This document shows positions 51,441-59,970 of a stretch of DNA of 61,078 bases, in pieces. Below the pieces are notes generated by a model. That model did no database searches. It had not been told where the DNA came from and worked only from the letters and a program-made list of their open reading frames with translations. Source of the stretch: Minisyncoccota bacterium. GTDB lineage: Bacteria > Patescibacteriota > Minisyncoccia > Phycocordibacterales > DATDSR01. Numbering within the stretch: position 1 is the first letter of the stretch; each line of letters begins with the position of its first letter. The position numbers and the translations under genes are program-made. The stretch is taken from contig DATDVE010000019.1 in the NCBI GenBank assembly GCA_036517655.1, forward strand, positions 1 to 61,078, read 5' to 3'.

Positions 51441-51739
51441 GATCTTGCGAGTTTATGCTCAATGCTTATTATCCTACGATTAACGTTTTGAGTATCTTTC
51501 AAATCTGTTTTTGTTGCCATACCCAGCTCAATATTAGAGATTCGCTCTGTTACTCCAGCTACTTGTCCAGCCAATAATTCTATCTGCTTAGACAATATTT
51601 CGTTACCTTTTTCTAGCTTTTCAGATAGCGACTTAGTGCTAGCATCAAGTTTCTGCAGAATAGCCTCGTTTGTAACGACTTTCTTGCCATTACCACTGAC
51701 TTTCCCTTTGTTTTTGGCAACCTTTGCCATGCCCGCCAT
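51437..51739 (-). CDS. Hypothetical coiled-coil 100-aa protein
   Basis: The ORF's stop overlaps the rpmE start (ATGA). The protein is Lys-rich at the N-terminus and heptad-like. Confidence 0.45.
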   Translation of the reverse strand: MAGMAKVAKNKGKVSGNGKKVVTNEAILQKLDASTKSLSEKLEKGNEILSKQIELLAGQVAGVTERISNIELGMATKTDLKDTQNVNRRIISIEHKLARS

Positions 51740-51754
51740 CTTAGCACGCCCCCG

Positions 51755-53152
51755 CTACTGGTCAAGGAGGGCGATATCCTTCTCAAATTGAGCGGCCCGA
51801 GAAGCTACTTGGTAGCCGTAGCTCGAGACCGGATTCATATGTCTTGCAAGTCTGCTACCACTGCTAGTTAAGCCGGAGTAGTACTTAGCTGCGGCACAAG
51901 CGCGCAACTCGAACGTGCTCGAGAAAGCCGTCTTGCACCTGTCTAAAGCATCCGCCAGATAAAGGGCTGTGCCTGTGAAGGCGTCTGTACTATTGAATGG
52001 ATTAGGCGTTTGTATCCCCATGACACTTGCGACACGGGATTTGAAGCCAGCCTGGGTTCCAACATTCCACCAAGTGGTAGGCATGAACTGGGCTGGGCCC
52101 ATGGCTCCTCCATAGGATCCGTCCGAATAGATCGGACACGACACGGGCGTAGTGTTGGCGTTAAGTCCAAGTTCGGCCATGATGGCGAGGTACGACGGCT
52201 TCTGCGAATCGGCCATAACAGTCCCGTTCTGGTTAGACGCTGTCTGGTTGTATGTGCACTTGCCAATATTCTTGCCAATGAGACCTCCGGACGAAGATTC
52301 CTGCGAGAGCACAGCGAGCGTGAGCGCCGCGTTTACCCCCACACGCGCTTCGTACATACGCACAAGTTTAAGCGCCTCTTCAAAACGTAATTCCTGACCG
52401 CCAACCGTGCGAAAGATTCTATTTCTGATCTCGTTCTTTATGCGCTCCTTCTCTGCGATCTCTTTCTTGTATGCATCCTCTTCTGCACGCGTTAGCTTGA
52501 GCACATGTTCTTGCTCCTTCTTCAAACCGTCTGTGCGCTTCTTCTCCTGTTCTTGAATATACTTGAGTTCGCCTTCTTTCACCTTCGACTGTTCGAGACG
52601 CGCTTTTTCTTCCTCTGTTTCCTCCTTCACCTCCGCGATCTCAACTAAAGTGCCGCGCAGACGTCCGCGCACAACCTCGTAGTCGTCTAGATTAACAAAG
52701 AATTCGGAGAGGTCGTCATTCGACAGGAAGGCCTCCGTCGGAGTGAAGGAACTTACTTCCATAGTTTTGCGCAAGAGTTCTGCAAGCGAGTCGCGCATCC
52801 TGCCAATTTTCTCGTCTAAGATATTAATATTCTTATTGCGCACACTTATATCATCACCTAGTTGGGCGATCTTGATGTTGCGTGCTTTGATCTCTGCCTC
52901 TGATTTCTGAATCTTATATTTCAACTCTGCAATAGTCTTCTCTATTGATGTAGCCTGTCGTTGTGTAAGCGTGAGCTTAGTCTGATTTTCGGCAATCTCT
53001 TTCTCGCAAGCGATAAGCAGAGCCTGCAACTGCTCATCTGTAAACCCGGAAATATTACTTGGACAAGCGCCTTGAGCCGACGTACCCGTCGGCAAACCCC
53101 AAACCCCAAGCACCAAAGCCCAAACAAAAACAAATAAGCCAGCTTTTCTCAT
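51755..53152 (-). CDS. Secreted lytic transglycosylase-like protein (SLT_2/MltB-type) with a long N-terminal coiled coil
   Basis: Signal peptide, then ~230 aa of coiled coil. C-terminal LSQESSSGG.. and GGAMGPAQFMPTTW are typical of the MltB-like lysozyme fold. Confidence 0.7.
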   Translation of the reverse strand: MRKAGLFVFVWALVLGVWGLPTGTSAQGACPSNISGFTDEQLQALLIACEKEIAENQTKLTLTQRQATSIEKTIAELKYKIQKSEAEIKARNIKIAQLGDDISVRNKNINILDEKIGRMRDSLAELLRKTMEVSSFTPTEAFLSNDDLSEFFVNLDDYEVVRGRLRGTLVEIAEVKEETEEEKARLEQSKVKEGELKYIQEQEKKRTDGLKKEQEHVLKLTRAEEDAYKKEIAEKERIKNEIRNRIFRTVGGQELRFEEALKLVRMYEARVGVNAALTLAVLSQESSSGGLIGKNIGKCTYNQTASNQNGTVMADSQKPSYLAIMAELGLNANTTPVSCPIYSDGSYGGAMGPAQFMPTTWWNVGTQAGFKSRVASVMGIQTPNPFNSTDAFTGTALYLADALDRCKTAFSSTFELRACAAAKYYSGLTSSGSRLARHMNPVSSYGYQVASRAAQFEKDIALLDQ

Positions 53153-53217
53153 ATGTATATATTATAGCAAAAACGCCTCGCCCCGCGAAGCCAAATTATT
53201 TTTGGGCGAAGTGGGGG

Positions 53218-53246
53218 TTGACTAGGCTGCGCGCGAGGCGTAGTTT
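53218..53246 (+). promoter_or_regulatory. Sigma70-like promoter for 53398..53943
   Basis: TTGACT (53218-53223), 17 nt, TAGTTT (53241-53246). Confidence 0.4.
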
Positions 53247-53397
53247 GGGATAGGAATACTGGACTCACCCAATGGCTAGTTGCCAAGCCCATGATGGCAA
53301 CCCGAGCGCTCTAGGACAGAGTGAATGCTCTAAGTCACGGGAAAGAACGATAACAAACCCGAATGACCAAAGGCGAACCTCAAAAGAGGAGTCACAA

Positions 53398-53943
53398 ATG
53401 CCAACACGCAAGGGCAAACATGGAGTCAGCAGCCCGCACAACGATCCTGGTAAACGTTCGCATGACGAGGTCGAGCAAGCGCTACGCAACTTCCTCAAGA
53501 TCGACCTCTTCCAGCGCGAGGTGGCCGGAAAGTTCGTGGACGTCTTCAGCGGACTGAACCGCACCGACCCATCCCTTCGCGAACACGTAGCGGACGCTGT
53601 CGCCGACGCCCTCAACGCCAAAGAGCCCAAGCCGTGGTTTTCCAATGATCAGATCACGGCACTATGCTCACTACTGTCCAAGATCACGTCGTGCCATCCG
53701 GCCCTAGGACAATACGGGTACGAATGTCTGCGAGCATCGAGCGGTCTCATGGTGGAACGAAAGCGACTGATCGTGGTAGAGAATGCGGCCGACTTCCGCC
53801 AGAACATCCCAGACTTCGTCGAGAAGGCCAACATGATCCTCGCGTGCATGGGCAGCGAGTTTGTGTTCGGCGTTCAGAAGATCACTGATTTCACTTACCA
53901 ACTTCGCCTAGGCCCACACGAAGGGCCTGCGGCAACTTCCTAG
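53398..53943 (+). CDS. Hypothetical 181-aa protein (GC-rich island I)
   Basis: ATG 53398 lies 6 nt after a GAGGAG SD and is preferred to the ORF-track start 53272. No family recognised. Confidence 0.5.
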   Translation: MPTRKGKHGVSSPHNDPGKRSHDEVEQALRNFLKIDLFQREVAGKFVDVFSGLNRTDPSLREHVADAVADALNAKEPKPWFSNDQITALCSLLSKITSCHPALGQYGYECLRASSGLMVERKRLIVVENAADFRQNIPDFVEKANMILACMGSEFVFGVQKITDFTYQLRLGPHEGPAATS

Positions 53944-53950
53944 GACCATG

Positions 53951-53995
53951 GAGGCCCGGAACGCGTACTGCGTCCCGGGCCTCGTCATTTTTATA
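53951..53995 (+). terminator. Intrinsic terminator after 53398..53943
   Basis: GAGGCCCGGAACGC-GTAC-TGCGTCCCGGGCCTC followed by GTCATTTTTAT. Confidence 0.6.
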
Positions 53996-54004
53996 TTATC
54001 GAGA

Positions 54005-54691
54005 TTATTTCTTTTCTTCTTTCTTTTCGGATTTTTCTGGGGCGGGAGATCCGGCAGTTTCTTCGCCTTCTTTAGGCTCTTTGCCTTTCTTTTCTACTTC
54101 TATTGCTGTTAGGTCAACTGCTACTGGTTCCTCTTCTTTCTCTTCAATTATTTCTTTTACAAGAGCCACCACTTCAGTTGGAGGAGTTATGAGATCGGCT
54201 GACTCGGGCAACTTGATATCGCGAACATGGACAGAGTCACCAAATTTCTCAAGGCCGGATATATCAACTTCGATCTGGTGCACCAAGTGCTTGGGCAGAA
54301 CTTTGATCTCGATCTCGTGCATCACCTTCACCAAGAGCGCGCCCAAATTTTTGACAGCAGGGGATACGCCCACGAACTCAAGGGCCACCTTCACCTCCAC
54401 CGGCTTATTGGCATCAATTGCATAAAAGTCAGCGTGCATGGGTTCGCCCGTAAGTGGGTGAACAGCAACATCTTGTATCAAAACATCGTAAGTCTTTTTC
54501 TCCTCCTTGAGCGAAACGAGGGTAGATTCGCCAGCAGCCTTCCAAACTTTCTTAAACTCTTTAGCAGGCACAAAATAAGAACCCGAGGCATGCTTACTGC
54601 CGTAGACAACCACAGGCAACTTGCCACCCGCACGCGACTTGGCCAGCTTCTTGCCGAAGGTATCTCGCTTCTCCAATGTCATTTCTAGCAT
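54005..54691 (-). CDS. rplY: 50S ribosomal protein L25/general stress protein Ctc
   Basis: ..RDTFGKKLAKSRAGGKLPVVVYG.. and ..IQDVAVHPLTGEPMHADF.., with an acidic/Lys-rich tail. Start is 54691 or 54682; the longer track ORF runs into the GC-rich island. Confidence 0.85.
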   Translation of the reverse strand: MLEMTLEKRDTFGKKLAKSRAGGKLPVVVYGSKHASGSYFVPAKEFKKVWKAAGESTLVSLKEEKKTYDVLIQDVAVHPLTGEPMHADFYAIDANKPVEVKVALEFVGVSPAVKNLGALLVKVMHEIEIKVLPKHLVHQIEVDISGLEKFGDSVHVRDIKLPESADLITPPTEVVALVKEIIEEKEEEPVAVDLTAIEVEKKGKEPKEGEETAGSPAPEKSEKKEEKK

Positions 54692-54711
54692 AGCAACTAG
54701 TATACACAATA

Positions 54712-54756
54712 CGGATAAAAAAGGAAGACCGCCGGGCTCTTGCGAGCACTCGGCGG
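54712..54756 (-). terminator. Intrinsic terminator after 54778..54954
   Basis: Imperfect stem CCGCCG..GAGC / GCTC..CGGCGG (54729-54756). On the minus strand it is followed by TCTTCCTTTTTTATCC. Confidence 0.5.
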
Positions 54757-54777
54757 GCGGGGGCGGCTGGTCGGCGC

Positions 54778-54954
54778 CTACGATCTGGACTTGGGACGCC
54801 AAGGCGTCGGGTCAAGATCGAGCCGCAGGACGTTCCGGCCGAAGGCGGCGTGCTGAAACAGCAACTCCAGCGCTGCCAGCTGCTCTGGATCGGTAGCCGC
54901 GGCCTGCATGGCCTCGAAGGCCAGCAGTTCCTGCTTGTCTACGGGTATGCTCAT
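54778..54954 (-). CDS. Hypothetical 58-aa protein missing from the ORF track (GC-rich island J)
   Basis: Hand translation gives MSIPVDKQELLAFEAMQAAATDPEQLAALELLFQHAAFGRNVLRLDLDPTPWRPKSRS. It has a GGGAGGA SD 7 nt upstream, a consensus promoter and a terminator. Confidence 0.55.
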   Translation of the reverse strand: MSIPVDKQELLAFEAMQAAATDPEQLAALELLFQHAAFGRNVLRLDLDPTPWRPKSRS

Positions 54955-54975
54955 TCTTGGATCCTCCCAACCTGC

Positions 54976-55004
54976 AGTATATCATAGACTCGACCAGATG
55001 TCAA
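54976..55004 (-). promoter_or_regulatory. Near-consensus sigma70 promoter for 54778..54954
   Basis: Minus strand reads TTGACA (54999-55004, overlapping the stop of 55001..56668), 17 nt, TATACT (54976-54981). Confidence 0.55.
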
Positions 55005-56668
55005 GCCCAGTGTCTAATATGGCCCAGATTATAGCCTACGCCTTCGCTTGCCCCGAGTCCGTTCGAGGGGACCTTCTTTCTGGGATTGAATATGCCTTGG
55101 GGGTCAAAAATTTGCTTGGTTTTCTTGAAAAGTTCGAGCACTTCGGGTTTGTACATGCGATCAAGGTACGGTGTCCTGACTAAGCCATCGTTATGCTCGC
55201 CTGTAATCGAGCCGTCATACTTCCCTACCAAGTCATACACCTTTTTTGAGAGCTCGCTGATAATCTGCTTAAAGTCTGGCCTCGCAAAGTCCATCAAAGG
55301 AATAATGTGGAAGTTGCCATCGCCAATATGGCCGGCAATTGTGTATTCAAGTTTGTAGCTATTCATAAGCGTTGCTAACTCTGGCAAGAACTTGGGTAAG
55401 TGCTCTGGCAGCACCACAATATCGTCAATAAATGGTGCGGTATGCTTGCCATGGACGTGCTTACGCAAGAGATTGAAGCTCTCGTGGCGCACTGTCCAAT
55501 ATTTATTTTCTTCTTTGTCATTTTTTGCTATATGCGTTCTGATATCGTGCTTTTTAAGATTACTCTCTGCTGCGCGCGCCTTAGTATATATCTCATCTTC
55601 AGAATCACCCGTAAATTCCGCAACTAGGATTAATTTGGGAACGCCGCCTAAAAGAATCATTTTCATCTCTGGAATAAACTGCCAGCCAAGCGAAATAATA
55701 TTTTTTGCCCCAAGTTGACGCATCATATCGGGCATGAAGCGCACCGCAAGCTTCATGCTGTGATCATCATAAGCTTCAAAACTTTCGGGTTTATGAGATA
55801 GGATGGTGGCGACAATTTCGGCAAGTGTCACAAGCTCGTCTAGCATAATCACAAGCAGGGCCGAGTGCGCTTTGGGTTTGATCAGGCCAAATTTAATTTC
55901 TGTAATAATGCCTAACGTGCCTTGTGAGCCCACAAGCACTTTATTGATATCAAAAGTAGTGCCATCCCATACGTCCCAGAGATAATAACCGGCAGAATTT
56001 TTGTGCACTTTCGGCTTCGCCTCCCGCAATAAGTTTCTATTAGTTTCTACAAGTTTGAAAAGTTCTCTATAAATATTCCCTTCAAAATTGTTCCGCGCAA
56101 TTTTGCTATCTAGTTCAGATTTATTTAGCGCGTGAGTTGTGTATTCGTTGCCGTCAGAGAGCACGACTTTAAGTTCCCTTACATAATCAATCGTCTTGCC
56201 ATAGATTAGCGTCTTCTCGCCACCGGAGTTATTGGCCACCATCCCCCCAACTGTGCACAATTCTTTGGAAGCGGTGTAGCTAGGCAAGAGCAGGCCTTTG
56301 GCAAGTGTGGCTTTCTCAAAGTCACGATAATAAGTGCCGGGCAAAACTGTGATCTCTTGCTTTGCCTCGTCAAATCCCTTAACGCCCTGAAAATATTTCA
56401 GAAAGTCCAGAACAATCGATTCTGTAAGGGGCCCTCCCGACATATCTGTGCCGGCAGCCCGCGCAGTGAGCGATAAATTTGGAAACTCGGTTTTGTGTAA
56501 ATTTACGAAGCTAACTAAGTTCTTTATATCCTCACCACCATGGGGCGCCACAACTAACTCCGGATGAACTTCAAAAATTGATGCGTCAGTTGAGCTAGCC
56601 TTAAGTACGTCCGGAGCATCGCTCACTTCCCCCTTGATTACATGTTGTAACTGCTCTTTAAGAGTCAC
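55001..56668 (-). CDS. FAD-binding oxidase (GlcD / D-lactate dehydrogenase-like)
   Basis: FAD_binding_4-type N-terminus (LTARAAGTDMSGGPL, GGMVANNSGGEK) and a C-terminal FAD-oxidase domain (GSITGEHNDGLVR). Confidence 0.85.
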   Translation of the reverse strand: MTLKEQLQHVIKGEVSDAPDVLKASSTDASIFEVHPELVVAPHGGEDIKNLVSFVNLHKTEFPNLSLTARAAGTDMSGGPLTESIVLDFLKYFQGVKGFDEAKQEITVLPGTYYRDFEKATLAKGLLLPSYTASKELCTVGGMVANNSGGEKTLIYGKTIDYVRELKVVLSDGNEYTTHALNKSELDSKIARNNFEGNIYRELFKLVETNRNLLREAKPKVHKNSAGYYLWDVWDGTTFDINKVLVGSQGTLGIITEIKFGLIKPKAHSALLVIMLDELVTLAEIVATILSHKPESFEAYDDHSMKLAVRFMPDMMRQLGAKNIISLGWQFIPEMKMILLGGVPKLILVAEFTGDSEDEIYTKARAAESNLKKHDIRTHIAKNDKEENKYWTVRHESFNLLRKHVHGKHTAPFIDDIVVLPEHLPKFLPELATLMNSYKLEYTIAGHIGDGNFHIIPLMDFARPDFKQIISELSKKVYDLVGKYDGSITGEHNDGLVRTPYLDRMYKPEVLELFKKTKQIFDPQGIFNPRKKVPSNGLGASEGVGYNLGHIRHWA

Positions 56669-56685
56669 TTTAGGATTTTAAAATA

Positions 56686-57555
56686 TTACTGGGAAACAGA
56701 AAAAAGTTTTAAACGTGCTTCTGCTACTTTCTGGATTGCCTCAAGCGCTCCGTGAGCAACTTTAGGCGGGGCAATCTCGTCTGGGAATTCTTCTAAGTGT
56801 ACAAGCATCGCGTCATGCCAGGCCTTGCGCAGCTCCGTGCTGATATGCACCTCATTTATGCCTGCCTTTATCCCATCAAGTAAATTAGGCGTGCCCGAGC
56901 CACCGTGCAAAACTAAGGGAACCGACACAACATCTGCTATTTCACTTATTCTGTCTAAATCAAGTGGCGGATCTCCACCAGCTGGCGGACCGGCACGCAA
57001 CATGCCGTGCACATTGCCCACCGCGGGCGCAAAAAGATCAACTCCAGTTTCTTCCACAAATCGCTTGGCATCGTTTGCACTGGTCATTTGCACACCCTCG
57101 GGTAGAGCGTCACGCACAGTGGAACCTTCGCCAATATAACCCAGTTCGCCTTCAACTATTATGTCGCGACCAGTTTGCTTGCCGGCTTTACGCGCATAAT
57201 CAACGCATTTTTTAGTAATTTTTATATTCTCGTTAATATCTAGTTTTGCACCGTCAAAAATTACGGAATCAAAACCCGCATCAATCGCCTCCTTAACCCT
57301 CTCGTATGAATATGTGTGATCTGCGTTCAAATAAATTTCGTGGCCTTCGTCGCGCAAACTCCTAACAATCGCCACAGCCTGCCTAATGCCTACCCAATCG
57401 CGCTCGCCCTCGGATAAGCCAAGTAGTACCGGCACGTTTAATTTGTGAGCGGCATTGAGTACGCCCCAGAGCATCTCAAAACTTGAGAAATTAAAGTGTC
57501 CGATAGCATAACCGCCCTTCTTAGCATCTGCCAAAATATCGCGATAACTCTTCAT
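56686..57555 (-). CDS. fba: Class II fructose-bisphosphate aldolase family protein
   Basis: GYAIGHFNFSSFE, ..LNADHT.. and VPLVLHGGSGTP are present. Confidence 0.88.
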   Translation of the reverse strand: MKSYRDILADAKKGGYAIGHFNFSSFEMLWGVLNAAHKLNVPVLLGLSEGERDWVGIRQAVAIVRSLRDEGHEIYLNADHTYSYERVKEAIDAGFDSVIFDGAKLDINENIKITKKCVDYARKAGKQTGRDIIVEGELGYIGEGSTVRDALPEGVQMTSANDAKRFVEETGVDLFAPAVGNVHGMLRAGPPAGGDPPLDLDRISEIADVVSVPLVLHGGSGTPNLLDGIKAGINEVHISTELRKAWHDAMLVHLEEFPDEIAPPKVAHGALEAIQKVAEARLKLFSVSQ

Positions 57556-57597
57556 GAATTAAGTATAGCACGAGCGAGTCCACAAGCTTTCCACAGG

Positions 57598-57831
57598 TTA
57601 TGCCCATAATTTAGCTAGACGCATTTCGTTCTCTTCGACCACGAGAGCGCCGCGGTTCTCTTGGCAACTCGACCTGGGTTCTGCGTTACCCCGGTCGAGA
57701 ACGGTCGCATCCCCACCCACGTTGACTGGACCGACGTTGGTAACGGGACAGGACAAGAACGTGAAGCGCTCGCCTCTTGACGGGGCAAGCAAATGATCCT
57801 CGCAGGATCTCTTGGACCGGTTAGCCACCAC
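57598..57831 (-). CDS. Possible 77-aa protein (GC-rich island K); the frame is ambiguous
   Basis: The GTG-start ORF has a balanced composition and GC-rich third positions. The overlapping 72-aa ATG frame (57615..57833) looks low-complexity. Neither has a family match by eye. Confidence 0.25.
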   Translation of the reverse strand: MVANRSKRSCEDHLLAPSRGERFTFLSCPVTNVGPVNVGGDATVLDRGNAEPRSSCQENRGALVVEENEMRLAKLWA

Positions 57832-57855
57832 ATGGCGCCGGTCCTTTCGTTTTAT
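57814..57855 (+). terminator. Plus-strand terminator-like hairpin with no obvious plus-strand gene
   Basis: GGACCGG (57814-57820) pairs with CCGGTCC (57838-57844), followed by TTTCGTTTTAT. Confidence 0.35.
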
Positions 57856-57866
57856 ACAATTAGAGA

Positions 57867-58733
57867 CTACCTGATACCAGTATCACAGTGCAGAACAACG
57901 TCTGTGAAGCTGCCCTCATTCACCACCACCGTTTGCTCGGCACAGAATGGGAAAGGCGAATCCGGCGACGCCTTACGTGGCACGGGTTCGAATATATAAA
58001 CTCCGGAGGGCAATGATACTTCGAAGTAGCCCCTTGTATCATTTGTAATTGCCGCCATTGGATTCCTTGAATTAACCTCGCGTATGCCTATGGTTGTCTG
58101 ATAGAGATTGTCGTCACAGCTTGAGTCGCCCTCGCGCATTACTGGGCAAATTGGTCCCAACAACACAATGCCTTTCACACCGGAATTAGTCGTTGGGGTC
58201 TTGGGCGGTAGTACAATCGGGAGACTGGGCGGGTAAACTAGTTCTTTTATCACTGCCCGGCCCGAGCTACTCAACGCAACTCGTACCGCGAGCTCACCAG
58301 ATAAGTCCTCTATATCGTGGCCAGTGCCCTCCGGAACGAAATAACTCTCGATGCCATAATCAACATTTATTACAGACCCATACATGCTCTTGACTGTCCC
58401 GGCTATGAAAATACCTGAATCGGGCTGTTCTAGATTTATTCCATCTGCCCTCGCATATTCACCATCTTGCAAAAGATTCACATACACTTTGTCCCCTACT
58501 CCAAGGGATTCATTCCACCCACGATTAAATATAACCACATCCGCTTGGTCGAGGGTGCTGATCTCGTAACGCAACGTGACGTAATCGCCACGGAAAATAT
58601 CTCTGGGGTCAACTGGGACAGTTTGCAGGAGCACTTCTTGTCCACCGCGCAATACACTCTCCTTGCTTGCTATGAAGACAGCAAAGATTGCTAACCAAAA
58701 TAGTCCGATAAAGAGAAAAACTTTCTTGCTCAT
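57867..58733 (-). CDS. GDYXXLXY-domain protein with a C-terminal beta-sandwich region
   Basis: N-terminal TM, then DPRDIFRGDYVTLRYEIS (the GDYxxLxY signature). Confidence 0.8.
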   Translation of the reverse strand: MSKKVFLFIGLFWLAIFAVFIASKESVLRGGQEVLLQTVPVDPRDIFRGDYVTLRYEISTLDQADVVIFNRGWNESLGVGDKVYVNLLQDGEYARADGINLEQPDSGIFIAGTVKSMYGSVINVDYGIESYFVPEGTGHDIEDLSGELAVRVALSSSGRAVIKELVYPPSLPIVLPPKTPTTNSGVKGIVLLGPICPVMREGDSSCDDNLYQTTIGIREVNSRNPMAAITNDTRGYFEVSLPSGVYIFEPVPRKASPDSPFPFCAEQTVVVNEGSFTDVVLHCDTGIR

Positions 58734-59953
58734 GAGATTGCTGGGTTAGTGGGGGCAGCAGGGGTAGCAGAATTAAAGCGCGCCTTGAGCTCGCGACGTT
58801 TGCGTTCAAGAGCGATACCACCCAAGATTAAGATTGCGCCACCCACCATAAAGAACACAGAAGTTGAGAGCATATCCCAGAAAAAGTCGAAGTAGCGGGC
58901 AAGGATTAGCAGCGCTATCCAGAAAGCGCCCGCGTTGATCACCTTCATATCTTCTCGCCGGTATCCTGTATAGATAGTACCGATGCCAACACCGGCAAGG
59001 GCAAGGTTGAAGATGACGCTATAGATAATGCTTGTGGCCGGGAAGAAGAAAAAGACGGTGGTAAGCGCCGCAAGCGTAAGTGCGAGTGAACTCTCGAAGC
59101 TGTTAGTATCGGCTCTGGCGGGGTTGAAAAAGAGGCTAACTACGGAAAGCAAGATAGCCAACACAGCAAAAATGGCAAAGAAGATTGTGAATTCTCCCGA
59201 GTAAGCTGCTTCACCTCGATAGCCACCGAACCAACCCTTGTTCGCCCCACTTGAGAAAAACTCGAATGTGAGAACAAAAAGTGAGGCGAGTGACAGTCGT
59301 AGTCCGAACAGCCTATAAGCTCGGGCCACTTTATGTAACTTAGGCGAAAGATAATGCAGAGCACCGAAGCCAAACAGGGCAATCGAAGCAACCAGATAAA
59401 GTGCGGGCGTGCGATACAGATCAGGACCGAACTCACTACCATGTTCCCACAGGTAACTGGCAATCCAGATATAGAAGAGCAAGGCCGAGAGCCCGGCCAT
59501 AGGGACAGAAGCAAGACTGTAGACAAGAGGCAAGACACCCACGAGCCAGATCAGTACAAGCGTGGGATTGCCGGCGTTGACATTATATATCTGGGCCAAT
59601 AGGAAAACTGTCGCGCCAAATAGAAGTGCGCCTAAGAAGATGAGAGCGCCACCAGTGCGTGGCAAATTTTGCCACTTGTACTTCATAAAGTAGCCGAGCG
59701 TATAAGCACCGAGAGTGGCCAATACCAAGATTGCTGTCTTGCCAACGTCGGTGAGCACGTCCCAGTTCGATGAGACAAACAGGATTGCCCCAAGTCCCAA
59801 GAGTATTGCTCCAATGGTGGAGAGCGCGGAGATGAATCTATTGGAACTCTTATCCTTCTTGAATGCGCTACTATCAACAAGCATCTTAGACGCCTGCTCA
59901 CTCGTGATAGTCCCTTTAGCGACCCACTCCTCAATTTGTATTTTGTCTACCAT
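58730..59953 (-). CDS. DUF2157-like polytopic membrane protein
   Basis: N-terminal soluble helix (IEEWVAKGTITSEQASKM) followed by about 11 TM helices. The stop overlaps the start of the GDYXXLXY gene. Confidence 0.65.
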   Translation of the reverse strand: MVDKIQIEEWVAKGTITSEQASKMLVDSSAFKKDKSSNRFISALSTIGAILLGLGAILFVSSNWDVLTDVGKTAILVLATLGAYTLGYFMKYKWQNLPRTGGALIFLGALLFGATVFLLAQIYNVNAGNPTLVLIWLVGVLPLVYSLASVPMAGLSALLFYIWIASYLWEHGSEFGPDLYRTPALYLVASIALFGFGALHYLSPKLHKVARAYRLFGLRLSLASLFVLTFEFFSSGANKGWFGGYRGEAAYSGEFTIFFAIFAVLAILLSVVSLFFNPARADTNSFESSLALTLAALTTVFFFFPATSIIYSVIFNLALAGVGIGTIYTGYRREDMKVINAGAFWIALLILARYFDFFWDMLSTSVFFMVGGAILILGGIALERKRRELKARFNSATPAAPTNPAIS

Positions 59954-59970
59954 AGTCTATATATTATACA

